Of a stretch of 64,000 nucleotides of DNA, positions 56,721-64,000 are shown piece by piece. The notes beneath the pieces were generated by a model. It saw nothing but the letters and a program-made list of their open reading frames with translations, had not been told where the DNA came from and made no database searches. Position numbers and translations under genes: made by a program. The stretch covers positions 16,824 to 80,823 of the forward strand of contig CAZMFO010000002.1 of the NCBI GenBank assembly GCA_964565615.1, written 5' to 3'. The first letter of the stretch is position 1. The number at the start of each line of letters is the position of its first letter. This DNA comes from an uncultured Candidatus Saccharibacteria bacterium (lineage in GTDB: Bacteria; Patescibacteriota; Saccharimonadia; Saccharimonadales; JAGQNJ01).

Positions 56721-58244
56721 TTAGACTTGGTGTGAGATTTTTGATCTATATTGTAATGCCTCAGCGATATGGGGAGCTTTAATATCTATTGACTGATCTA
56801 AATCAGCGATTGTCCGAGCTACTTTAATAGCTCTCATATAACTTCTCGGCGAGATATTTAGCTTGTTTGAGGCGTTATCAAGTAATTCTTTTGCATTTGG
56901 CGTTAATAACGCAAAGTCCCGGACCTCTTTGCTGGTCATTTGACTATTTGTTTTTATGGTACCAAATCGTTTATATTGAATTTGGCGAGCCCTATGGACT
57001 CGACCTGCTATTATTGAGCTTGATTCGTTATGCTGGGAGACAGAAAGCAGGTTTTTGTGGTCAATATTTTCTACACTAGAGAAGATATCAATTCTATCAA
57101 GGATTGGTCCGGATAGTTTTTGTTGGTATTTAATAATCTGTTGGGTGCTACAACAGCATTCTTTGTGGGTCCCAAAATAGCCACAGGGACAAGGGTTTGA
57201 TGTCGCTACAAACATAAAATCGGCTGGATACGAGGCCGATCCCTTTGTACGAGAAACGGTAATTGTACTATCTTCAAGTGGTTGGCGAAGTGCTTCAAGA
57301 GATGATCGACTAAATTCAGGAAGCTCATCAAAAAACAGTACGCCCTTGTGGCTTAAGCTAATTTCGCCGGGCTTAGGGTCGTTTCCGCCACCGATAATAG
57401 CTGTATCAGAGGCAGTGTGGTGGGGCGACCGGAAGGGCCTTCGGGTAATTATATCCTCAAAGTTGTGATTAACTAAACTGTGGATATGGGTAACTTCTAG
57501 GGATTCATTTATGCTTAGTTTTGGGAGTATCCCGATTATGGCTTTTGCTAGCATACTTTTTCCAGTGCCCGGCGGTCCGTGTAGTAGAATATTATGGCCC
57601 CCAGAGGAGGCGATTTCTAATCCTCGTTTAGCAAACTGTTGGCCAACGATATGTTTAAAGTCATTTGAGCTATCTGTTTGTTGTTTGGGTAGATTGCTTC
57701 GGGGCTTATTGTTTGGTTGGTAGGCGGGTATTTGTTTTTTGCCAGACAAGTGAAGATAGATCTGCTCTAGAGACGATACGGGGTAAATAGTTACACCCTC
57801 GACCAGTTTAGCTTGTTCTAGGTTATCTTTCGGTATAAAAAAGGTAGAGATGTTATTCTTCTTCCCAACTAGTAGCTTCCCGATTATTCCTCGGACACTT
57901 CTTACAGAACCGTCTAGTCCGATTTCGCCAATTATTACAGTTTTGCAGTTAGATGGCTTGATTTGTTCTCCTGCAAGCATTATTGATGACGCTATAGCAA
58001 GATCAAGACCAGAGCCACTTTTTGGAATGTCGGCAGGTGCTATATTAATGGTTATTCTTTTGCGGGGTAGGCGTATAGAACTACTAGCAAATGCACTACG
58101 AATACGCTCTTTTGCTTCATCTATGGCTTTGCCTACATGACCAACAATAATCACTGCGGGGAGGCCATTTGATAGCTGGCACTCGATGTCAACAATTAAT
58201 CCCTCAAAGCCGATGTCTATTATACTGTGTACGGTATTACTCAT
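56721..58244 (-). CDS. YifB/ComM family Mg-chelatase-like ATPase
   Basis: Lon-protease-like N-terminus, Walker A LLHGPPGTGKSMLA, LFFDELPEF, C-terminal ChlI-type region. Confidence 0.85.
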   Translation of the reverse strand: MSNTVHSIIDIGFEGLIVDIECQLSNGLPAVIIVGHVGKAIDEAKERIRSAFASSSIRLPRKRITINIAPADIPKSGSGLDLAIASSIMLAGEQIKPSNCKTVIIGEIGLDGSVRSVRGIIGKLLVGKKNNISTFFIPKDNLEQAKLVEGVTIYPVSSLEQIYLHLSGKKQIPAYQPNNKPRSNLPKQQTDSSNDFKHIVGQQFAKRGLEIASSGGHNILLHGPPGTGKSMLAKAIIGILPKLSINESLEVTHIHSLVNHNFEDIITRRPFRSPHHTASDTAIIGGGNDPKPGEISLSHKGVLFFDELPEFSRSSLEALRQPLEDSTITVSRTKGSASYPADFMFVATSNPCPCGYFGTHKECCCSTQQIIKYQQKLSGPILDRIDIFSSVENIDHKNLLSVSQHNESSSIIAGRVHRARQIQYKRFGTIKTNSQMTSKEVRDFALLTPNAKELLDNASNKLNISPRSYMRAIKVARTIADLDQSIDIKAPHIAEALQYRSKISHQV

Positions 58245-59381
58245 GAGCTTGGATTGTACACCTAGATTTTAAATTAAACAAAAGCAACAACCCGCCGTAA
58301 TGTTAGGGCGGGTTGTGATTGTGTAGAGGTTTATTTGTTAGAGTGGTTTTTTACATTTTTGTTATCTTTGTGGAACAACGGCTTGCGAGAAGCCGTTGTT
58401 GTTAGGTCGTTTTTGTTTTTGAGCACTTTTTTTATTCAAGTGCTAAATACATCTTATAAACTCATAAAATATATGTCAACAAGAATATGCTTAAAATAAA
58501 ATAAACCTGTGGATAACTTTGTTATTTAGTTGTTCGCTTCTATTAAGAAATTTGATTGATTTAAGCTATTTTGGCACTGGCCAGAAGCGAATCTATATGG
58601 GCTTGGTATGCGATATGTGTGAGTAATAATGTTATTTAAGCCGGGGGTTAATTTTCGTATTGCATTTTTGCCAGAAGACACAAAGAAGTATTTGTTTATG
58701 CGTTGGGAGGTTAATGGATGAAGAGCTAGCCATATAATGCTACTTCTACATTAAGCAACTTTATTCTGAATTATTTCAAATTTATATGAGTATGATTACT
58801 TATGTTCCGACAGTTTTTGCCTATCAAGCATAGTTATTCTTGATAGGCATTGTCCGGGTTACGAGTCGTAAAAGAAGTAGGGCTAGAATGGTTAAACGAA
58901 AAGGTTTATTGCGAAATATGGTTGTTAATGCAATCTTTGATAATCGGGGCATTGCTGGTAATCAATAAGTAATTTGGTGGCAAAAATGTGTATGATGTGA
59001 GTGTTGCTTATATGACTTATGTGTTTCCGTAATATTTATGCAGTTTACCTAAGAGTAAATGTATCAAAACTAGAAACAGCACCAAGAAAAATCGATATAT
59101 TATATTACATTTACAACATATTCTATACAACGCATAATCTTAAATATTGATTGTTCTAAGGTGATAAGTGTATCTTACACAACAAAAACTATTGACTTTT
59201 TTTACATTATCCGGTAGTATGATTGGTAGTGGAGAAAAAACAAAAATGTGTGTCAGCGCTCATCATTTGTTAATCACAAATGTGAGCGGTCAGTCATAAG
59301 CAAAGGACGGCAAGCGCTAAATAAGTCATAAAAATAGAGCGGATTTGTCGTCCTGCTTTTTTTGGTAGTACAATTAGTGGA

Positions 59382-59729
59382 GTGACAAAACCGCAGACTA
59401 ATTTACTTTTATTGTTCATTGCGACTCTATTCGTCGTAGTTTTTTTTGTGTTTATTAGTCCAGCGGATCTGACACTAATGTTTGTTTTTGTGCCATTTAT
59501 ATTGATATTTGTCATATTATTCTGGTCGATAAGAACTTTTTTAGATCTGTTTTTTTCTTTGACTACTTTTCGCAAGAGAACTATATCGCTTGTATTGAGT
59601 ATTATGCCAGTAGTTATGTTGGTAATCCAATCTGTTACGCAACTTACGACGAGAGATGTTGTGCTTTGTCTTTTCATTACGCTTATTATTGTTTGGTATG
59701 TATCACGAATAGATAGACCAAGTGCTTAA
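59382..59729 (+). CDS. hypothetical polytopic membrane protein (GTG start)
   Basis: 115 aa, 3-4 hydrophobic helices; preferred over the antisense ORF 59294-59677. Confidence 0.4.
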   Translation: MTKPQTNLLLLFIATLFVVVFFVFISPADLTLMFVFVPFILIFVILFWSIRTFLDLFFSLTTFRKRTISLVLSIMPVVMLVIQSVTQLTTRDVVLCLFITLIIVWYVSRIDRPSA

Positions 59730-59782
59730 AAGGATTATTTAATCTAGAGCAAACGACTAGTTGTTGGTATAATAGTGGTGTA

Positions 59783-60172
59783 ATGGATCAAGACAATACT
59801 ACAAGTTCTAACAGTGCCGAATTGCCAAGTGTGGATGGGGCTGTTAGTGCTGTTCCTTCCTCACAAGCAGAACCATCTAGTAATAATCTTGGATTAAACT
59901 ATACGCCACCATCTCAATCTCCAATATCCACGCCTCAACAACAACCAGTACAGAGCAACTCAACAGATGACTCCACAGTTGTTTCGTCAGTATCTACTCC
60001 GGCGATAGCCGATGATGTGGATTTAATAGAAAAGGAGTGGGTAGAGAAGGCTAAAGAGATCGTTTATAAAACAAAGGACAACCCCTACTTGCAGAGTAAA
60101 GCGCTTAGCGAGGTCAAGGCAGATTACATAAAAAAAAGGTATAACAAAGACATATTAAAGAGTGACGAATGA
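59783..60172 (+). CDS. hypothetical protein with a Ser/Pro/Gln-rich N-terminus
   Basis: 129-aa ORF, ATGA-coupled to the downstream ATPase. Confidence 0.35.
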   Translation: MDQDNTTSSNSAELPSVDGAVSAVPSSQAEPSSNNLGLNYTPPSQSPISTPQQQPVQSNSTDDSTVVSSVSTPAIADDVDLIEKEWVEKAKEIVYKTKDNPYLQSKALSEVKADYIKKRYNKDILKSDE

Positions 60173-63096
60173 GTACAGCTATATTTATACTGGCCATTAT
60201 TCTTAGTATTGTCGTTATTGTCGTTCCGATAGTTTTTATTCATTCTCGGAACTTATTACGCGAACAAAAAAACTATGAACGCGGGCTAAAGATGGTCTCT
60301 CTGCTTATTCATTTACCTCCATCTAGCGACGACAAGGAGTCAAGTGGCCGAGATGATCGCGAAATCGTTGATGAAAACATATCCAAAGCACAGATTATGT
60401 ATGGAATTATTGCTAGTACCATTAAAAAAGGATTTAAATCAAAGTTTTATGGACAGAGGCATTTTGCCTTTGAGATTATAGGGGTTAAAGGGTTTGTCAA
60501 ATTCTATGCAACAGTCCCCGTTGCGTTAGTTGATGTTGTTAAGCAGGCGGTTATTAGTGCTTATCCGTCTGCTAGGCTTGATGAAGTTCAAGAACATAAT
60601 ATATTTAGTCCTGTTGGCAAAATCGCTGCTACAACTGGCGGAGAGCTGACTCTAAAAGAATCATTTGCTTATCCTATAGCTACATATCAGGATATTAAGA
60701 GAGACCCAATACAGTCACTACTAAATGCTCTAGCAGAATTAGATAACGAAGATGGTGTGGGTATTCAGATTCTATTGCGTCCCGCTAATCCAAATTGGAG
60801 AAAACAAGCTTCTGAGGTAGCTAGCTCAAAAAGGAAAGGAGGTGGAGGGAACAAGCCAAAGGAGGAGGCCCTTTGGTGGATAAAACAAATTTTTGCTTCT
60901 CTGTGGAAGCCTCCCGAAGATAAAAGCAATAAGACAGGTGGTTCAGATAAGCCAGAGTTGTCAAATATGGAACAAGGGGTGTTAGATGCGATTGATGAAA
61001 AAACACGACATCCCGGTTATGAAACACTAATTAGAATTGTAACATCTTCTAACATCTCTCAGAAAGCTCAGACAATCCTAAATCATATAGTTGCTTCATT
61101 TTCACTTTACGATGCCCCCGGGAAGAATGGTTTTAAATTTACGCAAGCAAAGGATATAGATAGTTTTGTGACTTCTTATATTATGAGATTTTTCCCTCCG
61201 TCCATCAACAAAAATATCTTAAACTCCGTGGAGTTGGCTGGGATATTTCACTTTCCTGATCAAAAGAATATCCCAACCTCTCAGTTAGAAAGACAGGCAT
61301 CAAAACAGGTTGATGCCCCAAGAAATGTTCCTGAAGACGGCTTGCTGTTGGGGTACAACTTATTTAGGGGTGCCAAAAAACCAATTAGATTAAGTTTGAA
61401 TGATCGACAACGGCATATGTATGTTGTTGGTCAAACTGGTACCGGTAAGTCAACATATCTAGAGAACCTTGCCTTGCAAGATATGTTGAATGGTGATGGT
61501 TTTGCCTTTGTTGATCCTCATGGAGATACAGCCGAAAAGCTACTGTCTATGGTTCCTAAAGAGAGAACCGAAGATGTGATGTATTTTTGCCCATCTGATA
61601 TGGATTATCCAATGGGGCTTAATCTATTTGAGTTTTATACTCCAGAGCAGAAGGACTTTTTGATTCAGGAGACATTGAATATGCTTTATAAGTTGTATGA
61701 TCCTCAACGGCAGGGTATTGTTGGGCCTCGTTTTGAGAGGATTTATACTAATGCGGCATTATTACTGATGGCTGACCCTAAAGGAGGAACTTTTGTAGAT
61801 ATTCCAAAATTGTTGATTGATCCACCATTTATGAAAGAAAAGCTCCAGTATGTAGAAGATCAAAATGTTATTGATTTTTGGACTAAAGAGTGGCCAAATT
61901 CACAGAGGTCAAACGATTCTGGTGAAGTCATAGCTTGGGTGGTTAGTAAGTTCGGGGCATTTTTAAGCAACGAGATGATGCGAAATATCATTGGTCAAAC
62001 CAAAAGCTCATTTAATCTTAGAGATATTATGGACAATAAGAAGATTCTGCTCGTTAATCTTAGTAAGGGCAAGACAGGTGAGTTGAACTCTAGGCTGTTG
62101 GGAATGATTTTTGTGATGAAGTTTCAGGCAGCGGCTATGAGTCGAGCCAATATTCCTGAAGACCAACGACAGGATTTTTGTTTGTATGTGGATGAGTTTC
62201 AGAACTTCTCAACAGACTCGTTTGCTACCATAATGTCAGAAGCTAGAAAGTACCACCTTAACCTTATTGTAGCAAATCAATTTACCACTCAATTGACTGA
62301 TGATATTCGTGAAGCTGTTTTTGGAAACATTGGTACAATTGTTTCGTTCAGAATTGGGCAGAACGATGTTGAGGCCTTGTCGCGTTATTTTCAGCCATTA
62401 TTTGATGGTGACGATTTGTTGCGTGTACCAAACTATCATACTATCGTGAGGACCTTAATTGGGGGTGTGCCAACACAGCCATTTAGTATGGCTACATTGC
62501 CAACTTTAGGCAAACCTAATGAAAAGCTAGCAAGTGCCTTAAAACAGCTTTCTGCGGCTAAGTATGGGCGTCCTAAAGCAAAAGTAGAAGAGGAGATATT
62601 TGCCAGATTATCAACCAAAGAGCCAGTTAAGCCACTTGCCGGGCCTACATATAATCGATCAGCGTTCGGAGTAAGTTCTAATGGTGGAGCGAACGCCTTG
62701 TCTCCACAAGCAAGTCCGATTGCCACTCAGCCCACAGCAACAGCTATTAAACCAAAATCGTTTCTTGACGAATGGTTAGCTAAGAAACAAGTACATAGTC
62801 AAGCACCAGTAAATCAGCTTAAGGCAGTACGAAACCAATCTGCTCAAGCACCACCTGTGCCCACATCCAAGGTTGGTGCAAGTTTTACTCCGGCACAGCC
62901 ACCTCGTGATGTAATAAAGGTTAATAATCCTGCAGTAGGGCCAACAAATGAGTTGGTTACCAAGAATAATCGGCAAGTAGCAGAGGAAAGCAAAAAGCCT
63001 CCTTCAAACGATACAGGTGAGATTGATCTGAAGAAGCTTGGTAATGACGAGATTACCATTGACAACGACGGTAACCTATCGAGACCTAGTCTTTAG
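60169..63096 (+). CDS. membrane-anchored VirD4/TraG/TraD-like (type IV secretion coupling-protein-type) P-loop ATPase
   Basis: N-terminal TM; Walker A VVGQTGTGKST; FVDPHGD; Walker B LYVDEFQNF; ANQF...; long Pro/Gln/Ala-rich C-terminal tail. Confidence 0.55.
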   Translation: MSTAIFILAIILSIVVIVVPIVFIHSRNLLREQKNYERGLKMVSLLIHLPPSSDDKESSGRDDREIVDENISKAQIMYGIIASTIKKGFKSKFYGQRHFAFEIIGVKGFVKFYATVPVALVDVVKQAVISAYPSARLDEVQEHNIFSPVGKIAATTGGELTLKESFAYPIATYQDIKRDPIQSLLNALAELDNEDGVGIQILLRPANPNWRKQASEVASSKRKGGGGNKPKEEALWWIKQIFASLWKPPEDKSNKTGGSDKPELSNMEQGVLDAIDEKTRHPGYETLIRIVTSSNISQKAQTILNHIVASFSLYDAPGKNGFKFTQAKDIDSFVTSYIMRFFPPSINKNILNSVELAGIFHFPDQKNIPTSQLERQASKQVDAPRNVPEDGLLLGYNLFRGAKKPIRLSLNDRQRHMYVVGQTGTGKSTYLENLALQDMLNGDGFAFVDPHGDTAEKLLSMVPKERTEDVMYFCPSDMDYPMGLNLFEFYTPEQKDFLIQETLNMLYKLYDPQRQGIVGPRFERIYTNAALLLMADPKGGTFVDIPKLLIDPPFMKEKLQYVEDQNVIDFWTKEWPNSQRSNDSGEVIAWVVSKFGAFLSNEMMRNIIGQTKSSFNLRDIMDNKKILLVNLSKGKTGELNSRLLGMIFVMKFQAAAMSRANIPEDQRQDFCLYVDEFQNFSTDSFATIMSEARKYHLNLIVANQFTTQLTDDIREAVFGNIGTIVSFRIGQNDVEALSRYFQPLFDGDDLLRVPNYHTIVRTLIGGVPTQPFSMATLPTLGKPNEKLASALKQLSAAKYGRPKAKVEEEIFARLSTKEPVKPLAGPTYNRSAFGVSSNGGANALSPQASPIATQPTATAIKPKSFLDEWLAKKQVHSQAPVNQLKAVRNQSAQAPPVPTSKVGASFTPAQPPRDVIKVNNPAVGPTNELVTKNNRQVAEESKKPPSNDTGEIDLKKLGNDEITIDNDGNLSRPSL

Positions 63097-63658
63097 CTGG
63101 CTTGTTCTTTTGAAGCAATTTATAGGCAAGCTCAAAAAGCAATCCGATAAAGTAGCCACCAACAAATATAAGAATAAATGTAAGGTAGTTATAGGAAAAT
63201 CCACTTTTTTTGCTTACAAAGTAGAAAAAGAGGCTACCTATGAAGGCACTTATACCCCCAAATAGTATACCGTTAGGTCTGGCGATAGTTTTGGCACCTA
63301 CTTCGCTTATCTTATCGACCGCTGGTTGATGAATAATTTTACTAAAGACCCTCTCGGGGGTGTTTAATTGCTTTTGAGTTTTCTTAATGAGGCGTCTATA
63401 GGCATCTTTTTTGAGGTGTCTAGTAGCAGTATGGGTGGGAGCTTTTTTGTCTTCCTTCTCGGCTATATGATAATCCTTACTACTTAAGGCGGTTTGCTCA
63501 ATGCTATGCTTAATGCTATCAATAGAGTCTTTCGATATCTCTTGTGTGTGACTTGGTTTTTCGTGGCGTTCTTTGTGATGTTTGTTTGCAAGATTCTCGT
63601 GATGGCTCTCGGGAGATTTAACCTGTTCGGGTGAATGTTGGTGTAATTTTTCGCTCAT
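63086..63658 (-). CDS. hypothetical protein with a His/Lys-rich N-terminus and two C-terminal TM helices
   Basis: 190-aa ORF. Confidence 0.4.
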   Translation of the reverse strand: MSEKLHQHSPEQVKSPESHHENLANKHHKERHEKPSHTQEISKDSIDSIKHSIEQTALSSKDYHIAEKEDKKAPTHTATRHLKKDAYRRLIKKTQKQLNTPERVFSKIIHQPAVDKISEVGAKTIARPNGILFGGISAFIGSLFFYFVSKKSGFSYNYLTFILIFVGGYFIGLLFELAYKLLQKNKPAKD

Positions 63659-63671
63659 ATTAGTTTACTCC

Positions 63672-64000
63672 TTAAACTCCTGATGCGTATTCTTGCTTAA
63701 CTAGCTCCAACTCTCTGGCCATTAGTCGAGATCGAGCAAAGAAGTACCCAACAAAAGTCGTAAGTATGGCGCCCATAAGGATGGCTTCTCCGGGGCCTGT
63801 ATTGGGTAGGGACTGGCTGACTTTCTCGGTTGTTTTAGTAACAGTTGCAGGTAGTTTAATCTGCACAGTGTTACCATATACATTGGTTAATAACAGGTCA
63901 AACGAACCCGGGTTACCCGGTGGCTGTGGTGTTTGGGGAATGGGGTTTTTGATTTTGACCTTAAATGTTTTCGTGATTGATTGTTTTGGTTTGATGGTTA
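63672..64000 (-). CDS. LPXTG-anchored surface protein, C-terminal fragment (continues beyond the window)
   Basis: LPNTGPGEAILMGAILTTFVGYFFARSR sorting signal. The frame stays open from 63866 to the window edge, read by hand (…TIKPKQSITKTFKVKIKNPIPQTPQPPGNPGSFDLLLTNVYGNTVQIKLPATV…). Confidence 0.6.
   Translation of the reverse strand, partial: TIKPKQSITKTFKVKIKNPIPQTPQPPGNPGSFDLLLTNVYGNTVQIKLPATVTKTTEKVSQSLPNTGPGEAILMGAILTTFVGYFFARSRLMARELELVKQEYASGV

Noticed and set aside
58245-59381. Calling this region oriC
   Set aside because: I found only one perfect DnaA box by eye, there is no adjacent dnaA, dnaN or gidA, and I cannot compute GC skew. It is kept only as a low-interest observation.
59294-59677. 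127-aa minus-strand ORF
   Set aside because: It overlaps the plus-strand 115-aa ORF, whose product has clear TM helices and which points the same way as the downstream operon. The minus-strand product is Asn/Lys/Thr-rich with no features.

Overview
This window is a gene-dense, low-GC stretch of bacterial chromosome. Single 60-nt lines counted by hand gave about 30-37% G+C. The gene content suggests a small-genome, monoderm, Patescibacteria/Saccharibacteria-like organism, but that placement is inference only.

The backbone carries housekeeping genes: rpsR, efp, tlyA, ychF, ndk, nrdR, tgt, thrS, miaA, rpmB, queA, rnpB RNA, rplT-rpmI-infC and comM. It also carries six tRNAs and a complete type IV pilus locus (pilM-N-O-B-T-C, a major pilin, pilD, three minor pilins and a large PilX-like protein). 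That locus is interrupted by a RayT-type HUH transposase flanked by AGGAGGA/TCCTCCT palindromes.

Two visibly more GC-rich islands sit at tRNA 3' ends.

(1) An apparently intact element of about 5.2 kb lies at 30456-35626, inserted at the CCA end of tRNA-Thr. It separates tRNA-Thr from tRNA-Gly. It encodes a large serine recombinase and a two-gene cargo: an adenylosuccinate-lyase-like/HAD fusion and a small P-loop ATPase. A 386-bp near-perfect inverted repeat is present as one intact internal copy, while the other copy is split between the two element ends, as if it had served as attP. This arrangement resembles the yeast 2-micron plasmid.

(2) A recombinase-less mosaic of about 4.6 kb follows tRNA-Pro (47586-52207). 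It is built from diverged copies of the same repeat family, with a GACCA core in place of CTCCA. Its cargo is peptidase and amidase-like genes plus a TrpR-like regulator.

This element family is my best candidate for the undescribed system. Other points of interest are a collagen-like protein paired with an SGNH hydrolase, a VirD4/TraG-like ATPase next to LPXTG/membrane proteins, and several long non-coding regions. All functional calls come from motifs read by eye, with no searches run.
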